A stretch of 64,000 nucleotides of DNA from Omnitrophica WOR_2 bacterium GWF2_43_52. GTDB taxonomy: Bacteria > Omnitrophota > Gorgyraeia > Gygaellales > UBA12090. This document shows, piece by piece, positions 45,277-54,991 of this stretch (positions within the stretch are counted from its first letter, which is position 1; each line of letters opens with the position of its first letter). Under the pieces are notes generated by a model, which had not been told where the DNA came from, did no database searches, and was given only the letters and a program-made list of their open reading frames with translations. The position numbers and the translations under genes were made by a program. The DNA is taken from assembly GCA_001805445.1 (NCBI GenBank), contig MHGF01000028.1, positions 73,651 through 137,650 on the forward strand, in the 5' to 3' direction.

Positions 45277-48200
45277 TTAATTATAGAGCATATCCGGCGC
45301 AAGCAAGGCGCGACGAAGCTCAGGGCTGCTTTCTTTGCCCGCAAGCTCCTCAAGCCTGCAGGCATCACTGAGAGTAATGATGATATCCTGAAGCCTTCCC
45401 TGCAATTCATCCCTCTGATAGCAGGCCGCGATAAACTCAAGGATGCGTAAACCATTGGGGATAATCCCTGCCTTCATGGTTGCCTGAATCTGGCTGAACT
45501 CATTATCAAGGTCTATCAGCTCTGCGTCGCGTAGTACGGGCAAATCTAGATTCAATCCCGCAAAACTCCCCCTTCGCTCAAGCGTAGTGGCGTCATTCAT
45601 TATTGTATCCCTAAAGTCCAATCCGCCGCGCTTTTCTCCACGAAAAGAGGTTTCTGTATCCAACGATAGAGCGCTTGAACTCTCCGCGAAGGCACTCGCT
45701 GCGATACTCGCAAAGCCTAGACTAAAACTAATTATTGTATATTTTTCTCTCGGCAGCTCATATCCTGTGTCCCTACCGAGGAAAATCCTTGTAATCCGTA
45801 TAGCCTCCCTTAAAAAATCCACTTTAAAGCTTAAGGCTTCCTTGGAAATATGCTCCTTGAGCCATTCCTCCTCTTCAGGGCGGAAATAGTTTCCTTCTTT
45901 TATTTTTTCAAAGAAATGTTCAAGCCTGTCATTATTCTGCGTAAGCTCTTGCTCCACTTTCTCGTCAAGCTCTAGTTCCACCTTAAGAGCCATTACAGAA
46001 AAATATTCTTTCATTACTTTGAGCAAAAATTCATCCCTTTCTTGCATCTGAACATCTTTTTCTATTTCTTCACTCTTCATTTCCTTGACCCAAGAGGCTA
46101 AAAAGTCCCCTCTCGTATTTCTGCCATCAACAGACGTTAAACCATCAACTAAACTGATAATAGCTTTATTCTCCGCGTAGCGCGCGTTATCAGCAAGCTT
46201 TTCAGTTATCACTTGTTTTAACGCGTCAACCATTATAAATCCTGCTTTTTCTCCGTACGCGCCCAAAACATCAATAATCACATCTTTCTGGCATTTAAGA
46301 AGCGGCGGGGCTACCGATAGATAAGGAGCGGATAAGATTTCAGAAACGCCCGTTTTTTTCTGCCAATTTTTTACTATAGCTTCGGCTTGGACATACTCTA
46401 CACGTATCAACTCGCCTTTCTTTTCTAGCCTTTTCTTACCCAATAATTCATTCAACCAATTGAGTACGTCGTTATTTTTTGAGGTATACTCACTATTTAT
46501 TATTACAGGCTCTTTGTCCTTAGCAGCTTCTAATAGCTCGCTCATCCCGGCAATTATTAACGCCTTATTTATATCCAATGTTTTTCCATTGACATTAGTA
46601 ATTATTCGCGCTTTCTTCTCTAAAACAAGCACCCCCACTACTCTATCCCCTGCCCCTAAGGCAATACGTATCCTGTCCGATTTTTCACCCGATAGATAAG
46701 CTACGGTAACTTCCCGATTATCAAATGTGTAAAGCTCAACAGGCCTTTCCAATGTCGTAAGGACAAAATTCATAGCATTCTCGGCAGAGGCATAATGAAA
46801 TTTATACGGCCTTTTGTGAATAGGTACCGATAAAGTCCTCCAGGTCAGCGGTGAGGCGGAATAGGCTTTCAGTGGCGACGATACCTGGGATTGTTCCCAA
46901 TAATACCTTATCACCTTCAGCATCCCCTCTTTTACTTTCCTCGTTTCTGGAGTGCCGATAACTATACCAACCTTAGGCCAATCAAACCGGGCATCCTTAA
47001 AAAATTCCATAAAACTCCCCAGCGGTTCAAGCCCCGTCTCTTTATTCTCGGCTTTCCAATTCATCCCTATAGTTAAAATTTTATTCTTCTTCGCTCCTTG
47101 TCTAAGTGCCGCCTCTACAAAGGGAGTAAGTGCCACAACTGTTTTCGCGGACTTACCCAAAATCGCCCCATCTACAGAAGACAGGCCAAGTATCTCATCA
47201 GCATTCTGCGCGGTTAAGCCTCCTACAAAATAAACATCAAGATCAATGTGCAAGGCTTTCTTGAGTGCGTTTTTTATGACGGAATGCTCTTTTTCAATCT
47301 GCTCTCTTTCACGAACCTTTTCTTTAGGCAATTCGCGCGGTTCATAGGCAATCCTTAAGCCAATGGCACCTGCGTCCTCTGCCGTTATCCCTTCTAGAAT
47401 TTCCGCTATATCTTTCTCAAGAATCTCATTAGTCTTTCCTTGTTCCCTCTGCCAGGATACTTCACCAAGAAAAAGAATAGTTCGCTTTATCGGATGGTTC
47501 TTCGCAAAAATAACAGTTTTCTTCAACTGTAGATTCGTTATTGTGTTTGCAACATAACGGGCCTTAGCTGCCAAGCTTATAGCATTGAGGCCTACATAAG
47601 TATTGCTCTTAAGAGAAAGGCTTTCAATCCCTTCAAGATTTACCCCTTCTGCTTCTAACGTTTTTCTCCATTTTTCATCTCTTTTTGCTTCAGTTTTATA
47701 TTCCGGATTATTGAATATATTACCCAAAGCGTTTTCAATCCTTTCCTCAATCTCTTTTCTCCATTCCGGATGATTAGCAATGATCCCGTCTAATAAACTG
47801 GCATTGCCAATATTAGTCCGCCCAGTACGCGATCCCTCTGGAAGTGATATAGTATTAGCCACGACAAGAAAATTATCCCTTATTCCGAGCGGCAAGGCAG
47901 AGGGCTTCCTCCCTAACGCCTTATTTTTGACATCAACGCCTTCAAGCTCCTGAAGCGCTGACTTTGTTCCATCTGCGGCTGTTCCCTTCAGGACAAACGC
48001 GCGAATCTCTTCAGAAAGGCGAATGAATCTAAATCCCAATTCAACATCGTGCAATGTATTCTGAGCTATTGAGCTTAATTTATTTGCCGCGGAAACAAAA
48101 TCATTGTTATAGAAATATCCTTTCAGTTCTCTTTTATCTTCTTCGTCTAAATAATTCTTACGCTCTAATTGGGCAACAAACCTATTTATTTCGCTTTCAT

Positions 48201-49779
48201 AGCGGGCCATACGCAATAACCATACGCGTATCTTTTCCCATTTTGCTTTATCATCATCGTTGATACGCGGAAGTATAATAGTTTGTTGAATTAAATTGCT
48301 GAGATAATTACAAGATATTATTTCCCCCGCCTCTTCTCTTTCCTTTATATCCCACGCGTATCTTACACCGAGATTCCTTATTTCAACTTTTATCTCATCC
48401 ATGGTCAATGGCGAAGCGGCCAAGGCTAAAGATTCTTCTGTAGTAATGTGTGGGTCAATAATTTGCAAATTACTATCAAAGGCTGCTACATTGTCCCTCT
48501 TTACAAGCCACTGAGTAACCTCTGGATTTACTCCTCTGTACCCTCCACCGGTCAGTGGACTTGAGTTGCCCACAGCGCGATGAGTAGACGTAAAAATATT
48601 TTCTATCCCCTCCAAAGTAAGCCCTCCGCTGGTATAGTTCCGGACACTATGACCGTAAGGCGTATACACAGAATCCTTGATAGTGTACTCACCTTTATTA
48701 AAAGAATTCTTGTATTGATTAAAGTAGGTGGTTTTATCCCAGTTCTCTTTGGAGGTGAGGTTAGTGAGATTACGTGAATCTATAAGCTTACTATAGTCTG
48801 GTGTGCCGGTAAGCGGGTTAACCGGTTCACTGACTGACCCGTTCACTGGCGGTTCACCAAAACGAGCCTTAAACCATCGTGAGAGTATCAGCGAATAATA
48901 CACCTGTCGTAGTTTTGCGTACCGTTGGCTTGAGTTTACTTCTCTGGTAAGTTTGGGAATTATGCTTTCCCTGATAAGCTGAGTAGAATATTCATTAAGT
49001 TCTTTGAGCCTTTTGTCATTAAAATTATACTGGTGACTGGCGACAGGAGACTGGAGACTTTCTTTCAAATAGTCTTCTTCCAGCAATACCTTAAGCGTTG
49101 CCTTATACACATACGCAGAATCATCTGTCTCTCTAACGATAATTTCATTGGGCACTATCCATGGGCGGGTTAAGGTGGGGATGGTAATATTCTCAGAACC
49201 AAATAATTCCCCTGCCTTTTTATAGAGCTTATCCCAGTAAGCCTTGCCTTCCGGGGTTTGTGGTGAGGTAAGGCTTGCGGTATCCTTCTTAAGCTGTAAA
49301 TCTGCCTCTAAGAATACCTTGCCTATATCAGTCATCTCTAACTCTGGGTCTATGATATTCTCAGGGGCATCCGGCCTTAGGTTTACCCAAAAGGTATCAT
49401 TCGGTAGGGTTACTCCTATCAGAAAGTATCTCATTAACTCCTGAGCAGTTTCCTTGAGTACACTATCTTCCTTTTCTGGTGACGTGCCTGCCCCGACCGA
49501 AGCGTCGGGGGTGACCTGGTGACCTGGTGACGTGGTGACCTGGTGACCTGGTGACCTTTCATAGTCTCCCTTGTCTAAGAGTATCTTATAGCTGTTATTC
49601 AGGCTGTCATAGGAGAAATATCGTAAGTGCACAGGCCGAAAGATATCAGGCTTAACAAGAGTAGTATGCAACTGGCTCAGATAGCTTGAAAGGTTAAGTT
49701 CTCCTGCGGCATAGATAACCCCGCCCTGGTTAAACAGCAAGCCGATAGCTACTACTATTGAGATTACCCTACGTAACAT
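45277..49779 (-). CDS. Large secreted modular protein (1500 aa) with an internal circularly permuted TIM-like domain
   Basis: Signal peptide, GGAGG RBS, SSPL/ASPL linkers, TIM motifs (NHPEWR, IAYEP, VDGAILG, MNWK), C-terminal RGGLDF. Confidence 0.85.
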   Translation of the reverse strand: MLRRVISIVVAIGLLFNQGGVIYAAGELNLSSYLSQLHTTLVKPDIFRPVHLRYFSYDSLNNSYKILLDKGDYERSPGHQVTTSPGHQVTPDASVGAGTSPEKEDSVLKETAQELMRYFLIGVTLPNDTFWVNLRPDAPENIIDPELEMTDIGKVFLEADLQLKKDTASLTSPQTPEGKAYWDKLYKKAGELFGSENITIPTLTRPWIVPNEIIVRETDDSAYVYKATLKVLLEEDYLKESLQSPVASHQYNFNDKRLKELNEYSTQLIRESIIPKLTREVNSSQRYAKLRQVYYSLILSRWFKARFGEPPVNGSVSEPVNPLTGTPDYSKLIDSRNLTNLTSKENWDKTTYFNQYKNSFNKGEYTIKDSVYTPYGHSVRNYTSGGLTLEGIENIFTSTHRAVGNSSPLTGGGYRGVNPEVTQWLVKRDNVAAFDSNLQIIDPHITTEESLALAASPLTMDEIKVEIRNLGVRYAWDIKEREEAGEIISCNYLSNLIQQTIILPRINDDDKAKWEKIRVWLLRMARYESEINRFVAQLERKNYLDEEDKRELKGYFYNNDFVSAANKLSSIAQNTLHDVELGFRFIRLSEEIRAFVLKGTAADGTKSALQELEGVDVKNKALGRKPSALPLGIRDNFLVVANTISLPEGSRTGRTNIGNASLLDGIIANHPEWRKEIEERIENALGNIFNNPEYKTEAKRDEKWRKTLEAEGVNLEGIESLSLKSNTYVGLNAISLAAKARYVANTITNLQLKKTVIFAKNHPIKRTILFLGEVSWQREQGKTNEILEKDIAEILEGITAEDAGAIGLRIAYEPRELPKEKVREREQIEKEHSVIKNALKKALHIDLDVYFVGGLTAQNADEILGLSSVDGAILGKSAKTVVALTPFVEAALRQGAKKNKILTIGMNWKAENKETGLEPLGSFMEFFKDARFDWPKVGIVIGTPETRKVKEGMLKVIRYYWEQSQVSSPLKAYSASPLTWRTLSVPIHKRPYKFHYASAENAMNFVLTTLERPVELYTFDNREVTVAYLSGEKSDRIRIALGAGDRVVGVLVLEKKARIITNVNGKTLDINKALIIAGMSELLEAAKDKEPVIINSEYTSKNNDVLNWLNELLGKKRLEKKGELIRVEYVQAEAIVKNWQKKTGVSEILSAPYLSVAPPLLKCQKDVIIDVLGAYGEKAGFIMVDALKQVITEKLADNARYAENKAIISLVDGLTSVDGRNTRGDFLASWVKEMKSEEIEKDVQMQERDEFLLKVMKEYFSVMALKVELELDEKVEQELTQNNDRLEHFFEKIKEGNYFRPEEEEWLKEHISKEALSFKVDFLREAIRITRIFLGRDTGYELPREKYTIISFSLGFASIAASAFAESSSALSLDTETSFRGEKRGGLDFRDTIMNDATTLERRGSFAGLNLDLPVLRDAELIDLDNEFSQIQATMKAGIIPNGLRILEFIAACYQRDELQGRLQDIIITLSDACRLEELAGKESSPELRRALLAPDMLYN

Positions 49780-49812
49780 CCTAAAACCTCCTCAAAAAAC
49801 CCCCCTCACCAA

Positions 49813-49872
49813 ATTCAACCTCGTAGGTTGAATAAATTTACCGTCGAGGAAAAAATTCAACCTCGTAGGTTG
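49813..49872. repeat. Two REP-like palindromes TTCAACCTCGTAGGTTG
   Basis: Direct pair of near-palindromes; same family as 16190-16227. Confidence 0.65.
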
Positions 49873-49895
49873 TTTGGGTTTTGGTATAGACAAAT

Positions 49896-50008
49896 AAAAA
49901 AATGCCGGGCTGACCTTTTTTGTCAATCCGGCATTATATATTACTTAGTTGCTAATATACCTCCATACACTAGCAACATATATAAGCTAATTGTTAAGAG
50001 AAACTTAA
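49896..50008 (-). ncRNA. Candidate structured sRNA/leader RNA, copy 2
   Basis: Follows TTGATA-16-TATACT (50040-50013); hairpin GUUGCUAGUGUA-UGGAGG-UAUAUUAGCAAC and terminator GCCGGAUUGAC..GUCAGCCCGGC-AUUUUUUU. Confidence 0.6.
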
Positions 50009-50036
50009 CAAAAGTATACCATAAAAAGTTACCTTA

Positions 50037-51335
50037 TCAAATAGATCTTTTTCTTAACATCTTAGCGCCCAAGGACTTCATATCTACGACAAAATCAGGA
50101 TAGGATTTGCCAATAGCCTCGGCATTCCTAATTTTGAGCCCCCCTATCCGTAAGCCCGCAACAGCTAAAGACATTGCGATACGGTGGTCGTTACAGGAAG
50201 AAACTACCGCAGGATGCAAAACCGACTCCCGAATTGTTACACTATCCCTGCCTGCTTCAATGCGAGCGCCTAATTTCCTCAATTCATTAACAGGGGTTAA
50301 AATTCGGTTACTTTCTTTATGCGCTAAATGGCCGATATTACGAATTTTTGTCTTACCTTTAGCAAAACAGGCTGCCACAGCAAGAATAGGGACTAAATCC
50401 GGTGTATCCGAACAATCAATATCCCTGCCTTTTAATTCAAAGGGGCCATTGATATAAACTCTATCGCCCCTATGCCTTATTTTCGCGCCCATACTGTTTA
50501 AGATATCAATAATTTTTCTATCTCCCTGTTTATCTTTGCGCATACCGGTAATCACCACATCTGAAACAATTAAACACGCGGCTACCATCAAAAAGGCGGC
50601 CGAAGAATAATCTCCTCCGACTGCAAGGTTATCCTTGAATCTAAAGTGCTGTCCTGCCTTAATATAAAAACGACGGTAGCCCTGTGTTTGCACCGTGATC
50701 CCTGCCTGACGCAATACATCTAAGGTAACGTCTATGTAAGGCTTAGAAACCACCTTATCCTTAACAACGATGGTAACATCTTTCTTAGCCAAAGGAGCAA
50801 CCTGTAACAGTGAAGAAACGGTCTGTGAGCTGATCTGCGCGCTCACCGCGACTTTTCCTCCCTTAAGTTCGCCTTTTCCTACTATAACAATAGGGAGACG
50901 AAACTCCTCATCTTTACCTTTAAGAGTAACCCCTGATAACAATAACGCTTCAGCAATAGGTTTATTGGTCCTCTTTAATAGGGTGCCTCGCCCCTCAATA
51001 CGACACTTGCCTGCTCCTAAAGCGATAAGTGGAAGGATTAACCGCAAGAGAGTTCCTGATTCCCCGACGTTTATCCTTGCCCCCTTAATATGAGGCTTAC
51101 CCTTAAATCCTTTTACCACAATCCCATCGTCGCGCTTTTCAATAACCGCGCCTAATTTCTTCAGGCATTGTATCGCCGCCAGGGTATCTTCGGAATAAAG
51201 AGGGTTACGAATCTTTACTTCGCCGTTTAATCCCGCGCACAAGAGAGCCCGGATAGTATAGGATTTTGAAGCCGGAGCCTTCACCTGCCCCTTTAAAGAT
51301 TGAGTTTTTTCCACGCTAAGGTCAAATTGTTTCAT
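50037..51335 (-). CDS. aroA: EPSP synthase
   Basis: ASKSYTIR, GESGT, SSQ, GDYSSA, KESNRI, DHRIAM, KSYPDF. Confidence 0.94.
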   Translation of the reverse strand: MKQFDLSVEKTQSLKGQVKAPASKSYTIRALLCAGLNGEVKIRNPLYSEDTLAAIQCLKKLGAVIEKRDDGIVVKGFKGKPHIKGARINVGESGTLLRLILPLIALGAGKCRIEGRGTLLKRTNKPIAEALLLSGVTLKGKDEEFRLPIVIVGKGELKGGKVAVSAQISSQTVSSLLQVAPLAKKDVTIVVKDKVVSKPYIDVTLDVLRQAGITVQTQGYRRFYIKAGQHFRFKDNLAVGGDYSSAAFLMVAACLIVSDVVITGMRKDKQGDRKIIDILNSMGAKIRHRGDRVYINGPFELKGRDIDCSDTPDLVPILAVAACFAKGKTKIRNIGHLAHKESNRILTPVNELRKLGARIEAGRDSVTIRESVLHPAVVSSCNDHRIAMSLAVAGLRIGGLKIRNAEAIGKSYPDFVVDMKSLGAKMLRKRSI

Positions 51336-51365
51336 ATGCATAGGTTCATACCTAAGGCTCTTCGT

Positions 51366-52058
51366 TTATGACGGTTCAGGGGAACGAGCGTCTTTAGTCT
51401 CTGTGCCGGTTTCCTCTTCTCCAGGAGCTTCCTGCCGCTTTATTCTTTCCTTAAGCTCATCGTATTCTTTTTTGGAAACCCACTCAGTATGGTCGTTCTT
51501 TTTCTTTAACTCCGCGACAAGTTGAGCCTGAGCCTTTGACTCCTGCTTATAAGCGGCGTTCTGCGCTTCAAGGATCCGAAGACGCTCTGAATTTTCACGG
51601 TTTAAAGTATCCGCAATCTCATATTTCTGCTTATACTCAAGCGCGTCTTTTTTAAGGATGAGGTTTGAGGAAAACTCTTTTTCATACTCCTGGTCCTTCT
51701 TCACCAGTTTTTCCTTAAGCTCGGCAAGTTCTTTTTTCACGGCTTCTTCCTGGGTTTTTTCCTTTTCCATCCAACTTTTTATTTTCTCTAGCTCCGCGAG
51801 GCTTAAGGCTTCACTCTTTTTGGTACTGGCAAGTTCTTCTTCAAGTTTCTGATAATCCTCCTTAAGTTTCTTCAATTTGGCACTGAGTTTATCTATCTGG
51901 CCTTCCTCTGGAACAACCGCCTGCTGGGGTTCCTTAAAAACAGGCTCAAGCGATAATGGCTTAGGGTTATGCCGCGGGGCTTCGCCATCCTTTACGGTAA
52001 AAAGTATAACGCCTAACACACAGGCTAAAAAAACAAAGGCTAACAGTAATAACGGCAT
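51366..52058 (-). CDS. Membrane-anchored coiled-coil protein
   Basis: N-terminal TM helix, K/E-rich heptads. Confidence 0.65.
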   Translation of the reverse strand: MPLLLLAFVFLACVLGVILFTVKDGEAPRHNPKPLSLEPVFKEPQQAVVPEEGQIDKLSAKLKKLKEDYQKLEEELASTKKSEALSLAELEKIKSWMEKEKTQEEAVKKELAELKEKLVKKDQEYEKEFSSNLILKKDALEYKQKYEIADTLNRENSERLRILEAQNAAYKQESKAQAQLVAELKKKNDHTEWVSKKEYDELKERIKRQEAPGEEETGTETKDARSPEPS

Positions 52059-52061
52059 TTT

Positions 52062-52826
52062 TTAACGGCTGTATTCCTTCATAAGAAGGGTGTACCCCAG
52101 GGCTCCGGCGCCCATTATCTTTAAGGGAATCTTACGCTCATCGGCGCTTATCCAAATTTCAAACCTCTCTGGGACACTGGTAAAATGATAGGCCTTAAAT
52201 GTGCCCGCGGGAACTTTTACATCCTCTATCGAAGCCAGCGTGATTTCAAACTGCTGATTCGGAAGATTAGCGCGCATGCTCCAGCCTACGCTAAGGCCAT
52301 CCATACGCCGCACAGAAAAGGGGAGTAAAATCGCGTTCTGGATGGGGCCGTCCTTTTTGATTACCTGCGTCTGTGTCGTCTTCCCTTTCTTTTTAACAAT
52401 GGTAAGCGTAAAATTTTTCTGGTCATACTCTTCGCTGATATTTTCCGGATTGGGCCATGTCGATATAGAACGCTCAACCTTAAGAGGAAAAAAACTTCGG
52501 GAATCGCTGTAAATTGCCTCTCTATCTCTAAAGCGCACTAATCGTGTCTCAAAGGTCATGAGGCTTACCATGGTGCCATGAAGCTCGGTTTTAGGCAAAT
52601 GTGTGTAATAAGCAGCCCCTAACGATACCTTGCCTAATTTGACCGTGTACACTATTTTTTCCCCTACAGGCTCAACCGGCTCTGGCGGCCCCATCTTCTT
52701 TACCAACGCCTTATCAATCCGAGGGAAAGCCTTGGGAGAGACGATTATCTTTTGCTCTTCAAATCTCAACCATACCGCAAGAAGAATGGTAAGAAGAAGC
52801 AAAAAAGGAAATAGTATTTTTCTCAT
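52062..52826 (-). CDS. DUF3108-like exported protein
   Basis: GEKIVYTVKLG, VKVPAGTFKAY, IWISADERKIPLKI. Confidence 0.7.
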   Translation of the reverse strand: MRKILFPFLLLLTILLAVWLRFEEQKIIVSPKAFPRIDKALVKKMGPPEPVEPVGEKIVYTVKLGKVSLGAAYYTHLPKTELHGTMVSLMTFETRLVRFRDREAIYSDSRSFFPLKVERSISTWPNPENISEEYDQKNFTLTIVKKKGKTTQTQVIKKDGPIQNAILLPFSVRRMDGLSVGWSMRANLPNQQFEITLASIEDVKVPAGTFKAYHFTSVPERFEIWISADERKIPLKIMGAGALGYTLLMKEYSR

Positions 52827-52870
52827 AAGGAATCTACTGAATTTCGTATTAGAAAATGCGGCATCCGGGA

Positions 52871-53422
52871 TTATATGCTATTGACGATAACATGGGAAAA
52901 AACAGAAATATCCTCCATGGTATAGAGTTTAGATAAATTTTTATCAAAGAGAACTGTTGCCTCAGAAGGAAATTCTTCATCCGCCTTCCAGACAATGATC
53001 CTTACTCTAATATCGGGAAAAGTCACTAACTCTATTGCCGTATCGGAAGCGTCTATTCTATTCCCGGAGAAACGCTCCAGCACGCTCAAGAGCCCCTCGG
53101 GAGTTCTGCCGTATTTCTTCAAAAGATGGGCTATCACTCCTTCTTTGTACGCGGGGTAATAAATCTCACCGCCTTCAATATCCTTAAAAGAAACCCACTC
53201 CCCGCACGGAGCATACTTATTCTCCAATGACCCAACCAAATAGTGTAAAATAAGTATGACCAGATACTCCTTGGCGGGAATATTGCAGGAATTAGAAAGC
53301 ACCAATTTTTCCTTGCGGTTTACCTCATAGGTGTCACCTAAGAGCGAGACGCTATAAGAAGGCGCGTCTGCTATTTTCTCTAAATCTTCCCATGCTTTTT
53401 TTAAGGCAGCATCGTAACTCAT
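52871..53422 (-). CDS. DUF3786 family protein
   Basis: ILILHYL, EWVSFKDIEGG..Y, WKADEEFPSEATVLFD. Confidence 0.8.
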   Translation of the reverse strand: MSYDAALKKAWEDLEKIADAPSYSVSLLGDTYEVNRKEKLVLSNSCNIPAKEYLVILILHYLVGSLENKYAPCGEWVSFKDIEGGEIYYPAYKEGVIAHLLKKYGRTPEGLLSVLERFSGNRIDASDTAIELVTFPDIRVRIIVWKADEEFPSEATVLFDKNLSKLYTMEDISVFSHVIVNSI

Positions 53423-54166
53423 CTATTCCTCCTTCAAAGCTGTAACGTTGCTTTTTATGCCACAGACATTCTTCAAATGTTTTATTTCCTGAGCGCTCAG
53501 CAGGCGCCATTTTCCCTGAGAAAGTTCACCCAGCCTCAAAGGGCCATACTGGACGCGTTTTAATCGGCTAACCTTATACCCTAAGGCAGCAAGCATCAGG
53601 CGAATCTGCCGCTTCCTTCCTTCATGAATAGTCATGGTAAAACGGCTTTGCTTGGGCCTAGCATATACCAGCTCAACTTTTGCCGGTTGTGTACGCCTGC
53701 CGTCAATAAGAAGCCCGTGCTCTAAACGCAGGATGCTCTCCTTATCTATACACCCATTAATCTCCACAAGGTATACCTTATCAACTTTAAAGCTCGGATG
53801 CAGTAACCTGTGGGTAAGCTCGCCGTCGTTAGTAAAAAGAAGCAGCCCTTCAGAATCCTTGTCTAATCTGCCTACAGGATACAGATGGCGGTAGGCAGAA
53901 GGCAATAAATCAATGACGATATGCCGCGCATGGCTATCCTCAAGCGTCGTAACAAAACCAGCAGGTTTATGCAACATCAGATAGCTTTTCTCTTTTAATC
54001 CTATTCTCGTTGTATCTAAAAAAACCTCATCTTTTTCGGCATCAACATCGTATGAGGGTTCTCGCACAATCGTAGCGTTAACCCTCACATGGCCTTCCTG
54101 TACTAACACAAGCGCTCGCCTGCGCGAGCAGACCCTGCTATGGGATAAAAACACCTGTAAGCGCAT
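53423..54166 (-). CDS. RsuA/RluB-family pseudouridine synthase
   Basis: S4 domain, PVGRLDKDSEGLLL, HEGRKRQIR. Confidence 0.92.
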   Translation of the reverse strand: MRLQVFLSHSRVCSRRRALVLVQEGHVRVNATIVREPSYDVDAEKDEVFLDTTRIGLKEKSYLMLHKPAGFVTTLEDSHARHIVIDLLPSAYRHLYPVGRLDKDSEGLLLFTNDGELTHRLLHPSFKVDKVYLVEINGCIDKESILRLEHGLLIDGRRTQPAKVELVYARPKQSRFTMTIHEGRKRQIRLMLAALGYKVSRLKRVQYGPLRLGELSQGKWRLLSAQEIKHLKNVCGIKSNVTALKEE

Positions 54167-54960
54167 TATATGTTTCTTTGCCGCACTGCTTCATAAAGCA
54201 CTATAGCTGCTGATGCCGAGACATTCAGCGAATCGGCCTCACCCGCCATAGGAATACTCACCCGGTAATCAGCATTATCCTTCCAGAGAGAGCTCAAGCC
54301 TTTATCTTCGCTCCCGAGCACTATAGCAAAGGGCTTCTTAAAATCAATATCCGTATATACTGTTTCTGCCTCAATGAGAGCCGCGATTATTTTGATATTA
54401 TTTTTTTTCAACCAGCGCAATGCCTCTTCTGATGACGTATTCACCACCGGGATAGTAAATACCGCCCCTCTGCTTGAACGCACGGCGTTGGGATTATACG
54501 TATCAGTAACGCTATCTGCCGCGATAACCATGTCCGCGCCCGCGCCATCGGCAGTCCTGACAAGCGCTCCGAGGTTACCGGGTTTTTCGATATGCTCCGC
54601 GATAACAACAAAGGGAACTGCTTTACATCGTGTCTCCGACAGGTTCAGGTGTGGTCTTTTGGCAACCGCAAGCAGTCCTTCCCGCCGATTGCCATAGGCA
54701 ATTTTCTCATACACTTGTTTACTTACCTCAAAGATAGCTACCTTTGTATTCCTTATCCTGGCAAGCAATTGGCCATGAATATCGTTGCCGAGGAATTCAG
54801 GGCAAAAATAAAACGACGTAATAGCAATACCGGCCTCTAAGGCAAGAGAAAGCTCTCTACATCCTTCAATGATAAAAAACCCTGAAGCACGCCTCGCTAC
54901 GGATTCGCGCAGGTTCTTTACTTCTTTAATTCTGGGATTATTAATGCTGGTAAGTATCAT
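54166..54960 (-). CDS. TrmH/SpoU family RNA methyltransferase
   Basis: KPGNLGALVRTA, LGSEDKGL, SLNVS. Confidence 0.92.
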   Translation of the reverse strand: MILTSINNPRIKEVKNLRESVARRASGFFIIEGCRELSLALEAGIAITSFYFCPEFLGNDIHGQLLARIRNTKVAIFEVSKQVYEKIAYGNRREGLLAVAKRPHLNLSETRCKAVPFVVIAEHIEKPGNLGALVRTADGAGADMVIAADSVTDTYNPNAVRSSRGAVFTIPVVNTSSEEALRWLKKNNIKIIAALIEAETVYTDIDFKKPFAIVLGSEDKGLSSLWKDNADYRVSIPMAGEADSLNVSASAAIVLYEAVRQRNI

Positions 54961-54991
54961 GATAAAGCGCTCTATGGATACACTGCAGCTA

